Under the pieces are notes generated by a model, which was not told the DNA's origin, searched no databases, and saw only the letters and a list, made by a program, of their open reading frames with translations. Shown piece after piece: positions 37,286 to 45,647 of a stretch of DNA of 64,000 nt (position 1 is the stretch's first letter; every line of letters begins with the position of its first letter). Both the position numbers and the translations under genes were made by a program. The stretch spans positions 6,879 to 70,878 of the forward strand of contig CAYFYY010000001.1 in assembly GCA_964347475.1 (NCBI GenBank). Reading direction: 5' to 3'. This stretch comes from an uncultured Flavobacteriales bacterium (GTDB taxonomy: Bacteria; Pseudomonadota; Alphaproteobacteria; UBA8366; JADFVY01).

Positions 37286-38155
37286 ATGCCCAAGCTCATC
37301 GAACCGGTTGCTGCGCAGTGCGGGCGCTGTGCCTTGGCGGCCCTGATCGCCGCCTCCACGATGGCTGCGACGGCACGCGCCGACGAGGCCGCACTCGCCG
37401 AGGCGATCTGGCGCGCCAACGAGGTGGGGGCTGAGACGCCCCGGGTCTCTGTGCTCGACCCGGCGATCGGCCTCGAGGGCGCCTACCGGGTCCAGCAGTT
37501 GATCGTCGACCGGGCGCTCGCCTCGGGGGATTCGGTGGCCGGCTACAAGGCGGGGCTGACCGGCAGGCTGGCGCGCTGGTGGTTCAAGATCGAGGATCCC
37601 GTGTTCGGCGTGATCCCGTCCTCCGGCCTGCGCCGCAGCGGCGATGCGATCGTCGAGCCGGCCGGCCGCCACATGCTGCTGGAGACCGAGATCGCCTTCG
37701 TCGCCGGGGCGCGGATCGACAATCCGGTCGCCGACGTGGCGGCGCTGAAGCCGCTGATCCGCGGCGTCGTGCCGGTGATCGAGGCGCCGGCCGGCGGATT
37801 CCCGGAAGACCAGGCCCGCAAGCTGACCGTGGCCGACATCGTCGCCAACAACGTCTCGGCGCATATCCTGATCGTCGGCGAGGAGCGGCCCGCCGAAGGC
37901 CTTGACCTTGTCCGGCTGGAAGCGACGCTGTCCCGCGACGGCAAGCAGCTCAGCAAGGGGACCGGCGCGGACGCGATGGGCGATCCTTGGATCGCGGCGC
38001 TGTGGCTGGTGAACGTCGCCGTCAAGCAGGGCCGCGTCATCGAGCCGGGCCATTACCTCTCGACCGGTGTCATCGGCAAGCGGATCGAATCCGAGCCCGG
38101 CCGCTATGTCGCGAAATTCGGGGAACTTGGGACGATCGAGGTCGAGTTCAAATGA
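37286..38155 (+). CDS. 2-keto-4-pentenoate hydratase / 4-oxalocrotonate decarboxylase family protein with an apparent signal peptide
   Basis: LEGAYRVQQLIV..GDSVAGYKAGLTG is characteristic of the MhpD/XylJ family. The N-terminus MPKLIEPVAAQCGRCALAALIAASTMAATARA looks like a signal peptide. GAGGA RBS. Confidence 0.65.
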   Translation: MPKLIEPVAAQCGRCALAALIAASTMAATARADEAALAEAIWRANEVGAETPRVSVLDPAIGLEGAYRVQQLIVDRALASGDSVAGYKAGLTGRLARWWFKIEDPVFGVIPSSGLRRSGDAIVEPAGRHMLLETEIAFVAGARIDNPVADVAALKPLIRGVVPVIEAPAGGFPEDQARKLTVADIVANNVSAHILIVGEERPAEGLDLVRLEATLSRDGKQLSKGTGADAMGDPWIAALWLVNVAVKQGRVIEPGHYLSTGVIGKRIESEPGRYVAKFGELGTIEVEFK

Positions 38156-38203
38156 CCGAAACTATCGGGCCAGCAGCCCAGTCACGCACTGAACAGCTTT
38201 ACG

Positions 38204-39979
38204 CTACGACCCGACTGCCCGCGTCGCCTGTTCCAGCCACACCGCTGTGTCGGCGTCCACCAGCGGCGTCAGCGCCTCGCTGACCCGCGCGTGGTAGTCG
38301 TTGAGCCACGCGATCTCGGCCGGAAGCAGGAGGGACGTCTCGACAAGGTTCAGGTCGATCGGCGCCAGCGTCAGGGTCTCGAAGCCGAGCATCGTCTTCT
38401 CCGCACCGTCGATCTCGACCGGGACGACACACACGAGGTTCTCGATGCGGATACCATACGCGCCCTCCTTGTAATAGCCGGGCTCGTTCGAGACGATCAT
38501 GCCCGGCTTCAGCGCCACCGTATTGGGGATCTTGGAGATGCGCTGCGGGCCCTCATGGACGCCAAGATAGCTGCCAACCCCGTGACCGGTGCCATGATCG
38601 TAGTCGAGGCCGGCCTGCCACAGGGCGGTGCGGGCCAGCGCGTCGAGCTGGGCGCCGCTGGTGCCCTCCGGGAAGCGCGCGGTGGCAATGGCGATGTGGC
38701 CTTTCAGCACCCGGGTGAAGCGGTCGCGCATCTCCGGCGTCGGCGCGCCGATGGCGACCGTGCGGGTCACGTCCGTCGTGCCGTCGAGATACTGCGCCCC
38801 GGAATCGACGAGATAGAGCTCGCCGGCCTGCAGCACGCGGTCGCTCTCGGGCGTGACCGAGTAATGGACGATGGCGCCGTTCGAGCCGGAACCGGATATG
38901 GTACGGAACGACAAATCACGGATGTTCTCGCCCTCGAAGCGCAGGCCGCGCAGCCGGTCGGCGGCGGCGATCTCGGTGATGCCGCCGTTTGCAGCCGCCG
39001 TTGCGAGCCAACCCAGGAAGCGGCTCAACGCCGCCCCGTCACGGCGGTGCGCGGCGCGGGTGCCCTCGATCTCGATCTCGTTCTTGCAGGCCTTGGGCAG
39101 CTGGCAGGGATCGGCGTCCCGGACGATCTTCGCCCCTGCCTTGCCGAGGCGATCGAAGACCACTGACGCTGTGCCGGCCGGGTCCGCCAGCACGCGGGAA
39201 TTCCCTAGCGCCCACAGCGCCGGCTCGAACTCATCCTGTCCGCGGACCGTGACGTCGTCGCCGAGATGCGCCGACAGGTCCGGGCCGGTCTTGGCGGGAT
39301 CGACGAACCATTCGACCCGGCCGTCAGCATAGAGAACGGCGAACGACAGGGGCAACGGGGTGTGCGCGACATCGCCGCCGCGCAGGTTGAGCAGCCAGGC
39401 GATTGAATCGGGCGCCGTGATCACGGCGACATCGGCGCCCTTCTCCGCCAGCGCCGTGCCGACCCGCGTGCGCTTGGCTTCGGAACTCTCCCCGGCGAAC
39501 GCGAGATCGTGCGGCACGATCGGCGCCGCGGGCGCGGCGGGGCGATCGGCCCACACCGCATCCACCGGATTGGTCTCGGCCGCGACCAGCTCCCCGCCGG
39601 CCTTATCCGCCGCGTCGCGCCAGCTTTCCAGCGCCTTTTCCGTGTGCAGCCAGGGATCGTAGCCGAGCCGCCCGCCCTCCGGCAGGTGGTCGGCAATCCA
39701 GTCCTTCGGCGGCTGCTCGGTGATGTGGCGGATCTCGAACAGCGTTGCGTCGACCTGCTCGCGGATCTGCAGCGTATAGCGGCCGTCTGTGAAGATCGCC
39801 GCCCTGTCGGCCAACACCACCGCGACGCCCGCCGACCCGGTGAAGCCGGTCAGCCACGCGAGCCGTTCGGCGGACGGCGGCAGGTACTCGTTCTGGAACT
39901 CGTCGGAATGGGGCACGATGAACCCGTCCAGCCCCTGCCGAGCCAGCTCGCCTCGGAGATCTTCCAGCCGTTCCTTCAT
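38204..39979 (-). CDS. pepP: Xaa-Pro aminopeptidase (M24B, aminopeptidase P, long form)
   Basis: HGTGHGVGSYLGVHEGPQ, NEPGYY, and the IRIENL metal-ligand blocks. Trimmed to MKERLEDLR, which has a GGGAGTGGA RBS. Confidence 0.85.
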   Translation of the reverse strand: MKERLEDLRGELARQGLDGFIVPHSDEFQNEYLPPSAERLAWLTGFTGSAGVAVVLADRAAIFTDGRYTLQIREQVDATLFEIRHITEQPPKDWIADHLPEGGRLGYDPWLHTEKALESWRDAADKAGGELVAAETNPVDAVWADRPAAPAAPIVPHDLAFAGESSEAKRTRVGTALAEKGADVAVITAPDSIAWLLNLRGGDVAHTPLPLSFAVLYADGRVEWFVDPAKTGPDLSAHLGDDVTVRGQDEFEPALWALGNSRVLADPAGTASVVFDRLGKAGAKIVRDADPCQLPKACKNEIEIEGTRAAHRRDGAALSRFLGWLATAAANGGITEIAAADRLRGLRFEGENIRDLSFRTISGSGSNGAIVHYSVTPESDRVLQAGELYLVDSGAQYLDGTTDVTRTVAIGAPTPEMRDRFTRVLKGHIAIATARFPEGTSGAQLDALARTALWQAGLDYDHGTGHGVGSYLGVHEGPQRISKIPNTVALKPGMIVSNEPGYYKEGAYGIRIENLVCVVPVEIDGAEKTMLGFETLTLAPIDLNLVETSLLLPAEIAWLNDYHARVSEALTPLVDADTAVWLEQATRAVGS

Positions 39980-40272
39980 GCGCCGTCCACTCCCGCCTCC
40001 CGGCACAAGCTAGGCGCGCCTCTGCCCGCGGGCAAGGGGTTAGGCCGCGACCCGCCGCGCGAATCCGGCCCCGGCGGCAATGATCCCTGGCACGGTCGTG
40101 CGAAACGGGGTCAGGGCTGGCGACGCTGGTCGGGCTCCCACAAGGGCAATGCGGTTCGAGCCCGATCCGTCGCCGCCGCCCCGGCCCCGTCGGCCCGGAA
40201 GCGCCGTGCGCTTCCGGGCCGTTTGGGAAAGCGCACGCTTCCCCTGGGCTGAACGGCATCTTGCGCCCGGCG

Positions 40273-40539
40273 TCACACAGGCTGGCCGGGCTCGCAGTTC
40301 GCCTCCCCGATTTCGAGGGTCCGCAACAGGTCGCCGTAGGTGCGGATCCTGTCGATTTGCTCGTCACGCACGATCACACCGTAGATCTCCTCCGCCGCGA
40401 TCAGCACGCGCACGAGATCGAGACCGTCGAGACCGAGCACGCGGCGCAGACAGTCGCCCGGCCGCAGCGCCCGCACGTCGCGCCCCGTCAACCGTGCGAT
40501 CAGCCCGCGTAACAGTCCGTCGTCGCGTCGTTCCGCCAT
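40273..40539 (-). CDS. Acyl/peptidyl-carrier-protein-like small protein lacking the phosphopantetheine-attachment Ser
   Basis: Four-helix ACP-like pattern LGLDGLDLVRVLIAAEEIYGVIVRDEQIDRIRTYGDLLRTL. The canonical D-S-L is D-G-L here. Strong GGAGGAG RBS. Confidence 0.55.
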   Translation of the reverse strand: MAERRDDGLLRGLIARLTGRDVRALRPGDCLRRVLGLDGLDLVRVLIAAEEIYGVIVRDEQIDRIRTYGDLLRTLEIGEANCEPGQPV

Positions 40540-40580
40540 GACCGTGACTCCTCCGTGCCGGCATTGCTACACGATAAATT

Positions 40581-40605
40581 GGAAATGAGAAACGTTTTCA
40601 TTTCC
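40581..40605. promoter_or_regulatory. Nested palindrome GGAAATGA-g-AAACGTTT-TCATTTCC upstream of the carrier-protein-like gene
   Basis: Read directly from the sequence: 8-bp outer arms plus a perfect 8-bp palindromic core. It lies 42-66 nt upstream of the ATG at 40539. Confidence 0.3.
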
Positions 40606-40884
40606 ATCGCAACGGCGCGCCGGCACTCGCATTTCGCCGCAACATCGTCGTGCCGGGTGCACCGATGCCGGTTCGCAACGAAGCACGGCAGCTTCGAAAT
40701 ACGAAGCGGTCCGGATTTCCCGGAGAGAGGCGTTGCGGGTGCCATGGCGCGTGCCGGATTGGCGCGAGCGACGGGAACGAGCCCATGCGTTAGGGTTTTC
40801 CGCGGGTTTCCGGCGGGCTCTGCCGGGCCGCGAGCGGGTCCCGATGTCAAAGTGCTGGACTTCGCCGCCGATGGCACGAAAATC

Positions 40885-40892
40885 TTAACCAT
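40885..40892 (+). promoter_or_regulatory. TTAACCAT (CtrA-type 8-mer) upstream of the membrane-protein pair
   Basis: Exact 8-mer, 60-75 nt upstream of the start at 40952/40967. Confidence 0.3.
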
Positions 40893-40951
40893 TATGCAAT
40901 CCCATTGCGGGACAATGGGTCGATGATGGTGAACCACCCTGCCACCGCCAT

Positions 40952-41452
40952 GTGGGGCGTAGGGCCATGACCGCCCCGCGGCGATCCGGACGGCCGGCGC
41001 TGTATGCGCTGCGGCCCGTGGAGCCCGGCAACCTGCTGCTCGGGCTGTTCGTGCTGTTCGTCATGCAGATCGTCGCCGTCGCGTTCTGGCAGTGGGCGAT
41101 CGGGAAGTTCCCCGGGACACTCGCCGGGCCGGTGCAGCCCTTCGTCGCCGCAATGGCCTGTTCCCTGAACGCCTTCATCACCACGGTGCTGAGCCGCCCG
41201 CAAGGCCGCCGCGAGGCCCTCGCGGCCTGCGTCGCCGCGGTCATCAGCGCCGTTGCCGTTGCCGGCGGCGTGGTTGTCGCCGCGCTGGCGGCGCTGGCGG
41301 CGTTTCCGGACCACGCGGACAGCCGCCTGGTGCAGGCCTTCGTCGCCACCATGGGCTTCTGGAGCGGCACGCCGGTCATCTACGGTGCGGTGGTGCGGCT
41401 CGGGCTGCGCCGCGTCGACAATCGAAACGGCAACGGCGGACCCGAGCTGTGA
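40952..41452 (+). CDS. Hypothetical polytopic membrane protein
   Basis: Four hydrophobic segments. GTG start at 40952 or ATG at 40967. Its stop overlaps the next start (GTGA). Confidence 0.4.
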   Translation: MGRRAMTAPRRSGRPALYALRPVEPGNLLLGLFVLFVMQIVAVAFWQWAIGKFPGTLAGPVQPFVAAMACSLNAFITTVLSRPQGRREALAACVAAVISAVAVAGGVVVAALAALAAFPDHADSRLVQAFVATMGFWSGTPVIYGAVVRLGLRRVDNRNGNGGPEL

Positions 41453-41997
41453 GCGAGCCGAAGCAAGACAGCGCGGCAGCGGCTGACGAGGTAAAGCCCG
41501 GCGGGCCGCGGCTGATCGTGAAGATCCTGCTGGCGCTCGGCGGGTTCGCGGCCCTGGCGATCGCGCTGGAGGGGGCGCGGACCTGGAGCTGGTGGGCCAG
41601 CGCGGTGCTGACCGCCTGGCGCATCGGCGGCACGCCGGCGGCCCCGGAGCTGTTCATCTACCCGGCGTTCTTCACCATGGTGCTGGCGCTCTCGCGGCCG
41701 GCGCCGCGGGCGGTCACCGCGCAATTTCTGGTCGCCGGCCTCCTATGGAGCGCCGCCCTGTTCGTCGCCGACCCCGCGTTGCGGGCGGCTATCAACGCGG
41801 TTGCCCCGACGCTGGCCGAGACCGGCGCTGCCCTGACCGTGCGGGGCACGCTGCTGTACGGCCTGCTGTTCGCCTGGATGTATCTGACCTTCCGCCATCT
41901 CATCCCGCGCGGCAAGGGCATCCTGGCGGAATCCGAGGCGAGTCCAAGGCAATCGGCAAAGGCGAAGACCGAAAGCGACGGCGGCACGGCGAAATAG
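41449..41997 (+). CDS. Hypothetical polytopic membrane protein
   Basis: The GTG start is coupled to the upstream stop. Starts VSEPKQDS..IVKILLALGGFAALAIAL, followed by further TM segments. Confidence 0.45.
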   Translation: MSEPKQDSAAAADEVKPGGPRLIVKILLALGGFAALAIALEGARTWSWWASAVLTAWRIGGTPAAPELFIYPAFFTMVLALSRPAPRAVTAQFLVAGLLWSAALFVADPALRAAINAVAPTLAETGAALTVRGTLLYGLLFAWMYLTFRHLIPRGKGILAESEASPRQSAKAKTESDGGTAK

Positions 41998-42077
41998 CGG
42001 CGAATCGAGACACTGGCACCGACACGCGACCGGCCCGTGCGCGTGTGCACCGGAGGGCGACATTCGACCACATCGGC

Positions 42078-42114
42078 AACAAAAACCCGGGGGACAGCCG
42101 GCCGGCTGTCCCCC
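42078..42114 (-). terminator. Rho-independent terminator downstream of fccB
   Basis: Perfect 11-bp stem GGGGGACAGCC / GGCTGTCCCCC with a GGCC loop. On the minus strand it is followed by GGGTTTTTGTT. Confidence 0.7.
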
Positions 42115-42146
42115 GTCGCCGTTTCGCGACCGCTACCGCCCAGCGA

Positions 42147-43424
42147 TCAGCCGAAGATGTCGGCCGTGATCCCGGCGTACCAGCTTTCCGCCTCCTCGGC
42201 AGTGACCGTGCGGGTCGCCGCGTCCTCGCCGGTCTTGCTGATGAAGGTATCGGTGCTGGCGATCTTCTCCTCGGTCGCCTTGTACGAGGCGCCGACCTTC
42301 ACCGCATCGCCCGAGGCGATCAGGCTCCAGCAGGTGTTGCTGTAGCGCGGCTCGAAGGCCCGTGAGCCCGTCAGCTCGGCACGGATCGCCATGGCGCAGG
42401 CCTTGGCCTGGCTGTTGGCTGAGAAGCCCGATTTCGGCATTTGCGCGGCGATGCTGGCGTCACCCAGCACGTAGACGTGCGGCACGCGGGTCGAGGCCAT
42501 GGTAAACGGGTCGATCGGGCACCAGCCGGATCCGTCGGCCAGCCCCGCGGCGATGGCGATGGCGCCCGCCTTCTGCGGCGGAATGATGTTGATGACGTCG
42601 CCCTTGAAGCTCTCGCCGCCAGTGTGCAGCGTCATTCCCGTCACGTCGACCCGCTGGACGCCGCCGGTAATGCTCAGCGGCAGCCATTCGATCATGCCTT
42701 CGTAGTATTTCGCCCAGCCTTCCTGGAACAGAGCCTGCTTGGAGAACTTCTCCTTGGCGTCGACCGCGATGATCTTCGAGCGCGGCTTGTTCTGCTTGAA
42801 GTACTGGGCGACCAGCGAGATGCGCTCGTACGGGCCGGGCGGGCAGCGGAACGGATCGGGCGGTGGCGCGATCAGGAAGACACCGCCGTCATCCATCGCT
42901 TCGAGCTGGCGCCGCAGGATCTGCGACTGCGGGCCGGCCTGCCAGGCATGGGGCAACGTTTCGGCCACGTCCTTGCTGTAGCCCTCATAGGCATCGTAGT
43001 GGAAGTCGATGCCGGGCGCGACCACCAGCTTGTCGTAGGACACGGTGTCGCCGCCGGTGATGCTGACGGTGCGCCGCGCCGCGTCGACCCCGTTGGCGAA
43101 CCCCTGCACGACCCGGATGCCGTGCTCGGATCTCAGCTTGTCGTAGCCGTGCGTGATCGAATCGAAGCTACGCAGCCCACCGATATAGAGGTTGCTGAAG
43201 AAGCAGGTGGTATGGCGCGCATTGGCCTCGACCAGCGTGACGTCGATCGCGCCTCTGGAATCCTTGGCGACGTATCGGGCAACCGTAGCCCCGCCGGGTC
43301 CCCCGCCGATTACAACGAGTTTCGGTTTGGCTTGGGCGATCGCCGGTGTCGCCAGGGCCGATGCCGCGACGCCCGCCGCGCCGGCCATCATCCCGAACTC
43401 GCGCCTCGTGAATTTCCTGTTCAT
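42147..43424 (-). CDS. fccB: Flavocytochrome c sulfide dehydrogenase, flavoprotein subunit (FccB/SoxF-like)
   Basis: Tat signal MNRKFTRREFGMMAGAAGVAASALATPAIAQA, FAD fold VVIGGGPGGATVARY, and a C-terminal ..WYAGITADIFG. Confidence 0.85.
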   Translation of the reverse strand: MNRKFTRREFGMMAGAAGVAASALATPAIAQAKPKLVVIGGGPGGATVARYVAKDSRGAIDVTLVEANARHTTCFFSNLYIGGLRSFDSITHGYDKLRSEHGIRVVQGFANGVDAARRTVSITGGDTVSYDKLVVAPGIDFHYDAYEGYSKDVAETLPHAWQAGPQSQILRRQLEAMDDGGVFLIAPPPDPFRCPPGPYERISLVAQYFKQNKPRSKIIAVDAKEKFSKQALFQEGWAKYYEGMIEWLPLSITGGVQRVDVTGMTLHTGGESFKGDVINIIPPQKAGAIAIAAGLADGSGWCPIDPFTMASTRVPHVYVLGDASIAAQMPKSGFSANSQAKACAMAIRAELTGSRAFEPRYSNTCWSLIASGDAVKVGASYKATEEKIASTDTFISKTGEDAATRTVTAEEAESWYAGITADIFG

Positions 43425-43435
43425 GCCTGTTGCTC

Positions 43436-43759
43436 CTATTGTCCCTGTTTCCCGAAAAATTCGGCAAGTGCCCTTATGTCCTCGTCGCTCAGGCGCCTGG
43501 CGACGTTCTGCATCAACGCGTCGTCGCGCTCACCTACCTTGTAGGCTTCCATGACCATGACGAAGGCCTCGACGGGCCATCCCGTGATTGCGGGGATCGC
43601 ACCGCCCTGACCGTCCAGGCGGTGGCATGCCGTACAGTCGCCGGAGAGATATTCGCCAAGCTCGTAAAGCTCGTCGGCCGCGGCGGACCCATACAGAAAT
43701 CCACCGGCGCAAAGGCCGGCCGTAACGGTAATCGCGGTCTTCGTCCAATAATAGCCCAT
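43436..43759 (-). CDS. fccA: Monohaem cytochrome c subunit (FccA/SoxE-like)
   Basis: Signal-like N-terminus and a CTACH haem motif. Lies 11 nt upstream of fccB. Trimmed to MGYYWTK. Confidence 0.7.
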   Translation of the reverse strand: MGYYWTKTAITVTAGLCAGGFLYGSAAADELYELGEYLSGDCTACHRLDGQGGAIPAITGWPVEAFVMVMEAYKVGERDDALMQNVARRLSDEDIRALAEFFGKQGQ

Positions 43760-43846
43760 TGACGCGCCTCGTCTTCCTCTCGCCCCGCCAGAGCGAAGGC
43801 CCGCAGGGAAACGGGGCATTTCCCGCCCCTTCAGGGCGCCAACATT

Positions 43847-43854
43847 ATGGTTAA
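43847..43854 (-). promoter_or_regulatory. TTAACCAT (CtrA-type 8-mer) upstream of fccA
   Basis: ATGGTTAA on the plus strand, which is TTAACCAT on the gene strand. It lies about 90 nt upstream of the fccA start. Confidence 0.3.
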
Positions 43855-43953
43855 CCGTAATTACACACATTTCTTATTGGAGAATCAAGTGGAACGATAG
43901 GTCGTGCTGCACGGGGCCGGCCGCTGCGGCGCAGGCGACGGCTGCCGCCTCGA

Positions 43954-44808
43954 TCAGGCCGCCTGTGTGGCCGCCCGGGCAACCGCACGTAGGCTCTCCA
44001 CCGCACGCGAGAGCACCGGGTCTTCGCGGTTCTGCCAGGCGACAAAGGCCGGTCGGGTGAATTCCGGCGCGGCGGCGACGAGGTGCAGCTGGCCGGACAC
44101 GAGGTATGGCTGGACGACACGATACGGGAAATACGCCCCGCCGCCCTCGTGAAGGATGTGGTTCAGGGCCACCGCCCCCAAGCCGACCGTCAGCGCCGGC
44201 GTATCGATGTCGGGGAAGGCCGCCGCGTGGTCGTTGCCAAATTCGGAGCCCCAGTCGACCAGCACATATTCGGAATCGCCGGGCCACACGCCCGTGTCCT
44301 TCGTGCCGACGAGAACCAGGCGTTCCTCGAGCAACGGTTCGATGCGCAGGCCGGCCCGCGGCTGGGGCGCATACAGCACCGCGATGTCGAGCCCGCCCTC
44401 GAGGAGCAGGCGGGTCAGCTCGTCAGGCCGCGCAACATCGGCCCGCAGAGCCACGCCCGGCTCGGTCCGGCGCATATGCGCCAGCCAGAGCTGCAGCACA
44501 CGGTCCCACAATGTGTGCTGACCGCCCACCGACAATACGGTCTCGAACCTCTCGGGCAGGCCCACTTCTTGCCGCGCGCGGCGCCAGCTGCGAAGCATCG
44601 CCTCGGCATGCGGCCGGAAATGCCGTCCGGCCGAGGTCAGGACCGCACCGGAACGACTCCGGACGAACAGAGATCGGCCGAGGCGAGCCTCGAGTTCCTT
44701 GATCCGGGCGCTGACCGTCGACTGGGTGACGTTCAAACGCTCCGCCGCGCGTACGAAATGGCCGGACTCCATGATCTCGATGAAAGTGCGAAGAAGCTCG
44801 ACGTCCAT
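43954..44808 (-). CDS. LysR-family transcriptional regulator
   Basis: N-terminal wHTH MDVELLRTFIEIMESGHFVRAAERLNVTQSTVSARIKELE, followed by a substrate-binding domain. Confidence 0.85.
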   Translation of the reverse strand: MDVELLRTFIEIMESGHFVRAAERLNVTQSTVSARIKELEARLGRSLFVRSRSGAVLTSAGRHFRPHAEAMLRSWRRARQEVGLPERFETVLSVGGQHTLWDRVLQLWLAHMRRTEPGVALRADVARPDELTRLLLEGGLDIAVLYAPQPRAGLRIEPLLEERLVLVGTKDTGVWPGDSEYVLVDWGSEFGNDHAAAFPDIDTPALTVGLGAVALNHILHEGGGAYFPYRVVQPYLVSGQLHLVAAAPEFTRPAFVAWQNREDPVLSRAVESLRAVARAATQAA

Positions 44809-44827
44809 GGCTATGCCTCAACAATAT

Positions 44828-44842
44828 ATCGCGATAATCGAT
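44828..44842. promoter_or_regulatory. LysR-type box ATC-N9-GAT (T-N11-A) in the divergent promoter region
   Basis: ATCGCGATAATCGAT lies 20-34 nt upstream of the LysR start. It overlaps the perfect 10-bp palindrome TATCGCGATA (44827-44836). A direct repeat TTCGATT-G-TTCGATT follows at about 44860. Confidence 0.4.
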
Positions 44843-44937
44843 ATTATAGCGCAAAAAATTTCGATTGTTCGATTTATTAGCGCGCCCTAGATTCGCCGCG
44901 CCGGTGAATCATTGCCGGCATGGAGGAGACATCGAAA

Positions 44938-45075
44938 ATGCCCACGACCACCCAGAAACCCGGCCAGACCGGCAGCAAACCGGCATCGTCGGCCGCAATG
45001 AAACCCGCCGGCAGCAAGCCGGCCGTAAGCGCGAAGCCGTCTTCCCCGTCCAAGGGAAGCCGCCCTTCCAAGTAG
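44938..45075 (+). CDS. 45-aa Lys/Pro/Ser-rich small protein (hypothetical; absent from the ORF track because it is under 60 aa)
   Basis: My translation is MPTTTQKPGQTGSKPASSAAMKPAGSKPAVSAKPSSPSKGSRPSK. A GGAGGAG RBS lies 7 nt upstream, and the third codon positions are mostly G/C. Confidence 0.35.
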   Translation: MPTTTQKPGQTGSKPASSAAMKPAGSKPAVSAKPSSPSKGSRPSK

Positions 45076-45115
45076 GCACGCAGCCTGACGTGTGAAGGCG
45101 GACGGGAGGCTACCC

Positions 45116-45394
45116 ATGAACAAGCTTGCGACTCTCGCGCTCGGCGTTGTCGTCGCGTTCGTCACCCCTCAGATCGCGCAGGCGGTCGATCTGGTGAACG
45201 AGGATGCGACCGATCATATCGTCACGGTCATCGAGGACGGCGAGGAAAAGAATATCACCGTGAACGCGGGCTCATCCGTAACGGAAGTCTGCGAGTCCTG
45301 CTATCTGTCGATCGGGGACAGCGACCCTGTCGAGGCTGAAGGCGACGAAGAGATCTTCGTCAAGAACGGCATGCTGAACAAGCGTTCCGGCTGA
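45116..45394 (+). CDS. Small secreted acidic protein with a CxxC motif (hypothetical)
   Basis: Signal peptide MNKLATLALGVVVAFVTPQIAQA, a GGGAGG RBS, and a CESC motif. A strong terminator follows. Confidence 0.5.
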   Translation: MNKLATLALGVVVAFVTPQIAQAVDLVNEDATDHIVTVIEDGEEKNITVNAGSSVTEVCESCYLSIGDSDPVEAEGDEEIFVKNGMLNKRSG

Positions 45395-45422
45395 TCCCCC
45401 TTGGCCGGTTCCGATCGGCACA

Positions 45423-45465
45423 GGCCGCCTGCCTCCCCCCCGGGGCGGGCGGCCGATCTTTTTTT
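45423..45465 (+). terminator. Rho-independent terminator
   Basis: 11-bp stem GGCCGCCTGCC / GGCGGGCGGCC with one G-U pair, followed by GATC and seven T. Confidence 0.75.
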
Positions 45466-45647
45466 GCGACCGTGCGCAAGCTGGTGCAGGTGAGCCGCCC
45501 TGGCCGCGACACGCGGCAGGCGCCGATGGCCGGAACACGCCTCCAGGTACGTCCCGTAGGCGCATTCCGGCGCATCGTGTCCGTATCTTCGATTCCGTAA
45601 CGGTGGGCGGCCCCCGGCGACGGCCGGACCCGCCCCGACCGCATCGA

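Noticed and set aside
34211-38053. Minus-strand ORFs of 437 aa (34211-35524) and 746 aa (35813-38053)
   Set aside because: Both are extremely Arg-rich, low-information translations antisense to plus-strand genes that have RBSs and recognisable features. No domains were seen.
40119-40174. tRNA-like features: GGTTCGAGCCC T-loop-like string with flanking complementary GGCGACG / CGTCGCC
   Set aside because: The element is only about 56 nt long. The T-stem pairs for only 3 bp, and no D-arm or anticodon arm can be drawn. A similar GTTCGAGCCCG string at about 50049-50059 (minus strand) also lacks a stem. Both are judged chance matches, and no tRNA is called in the window.
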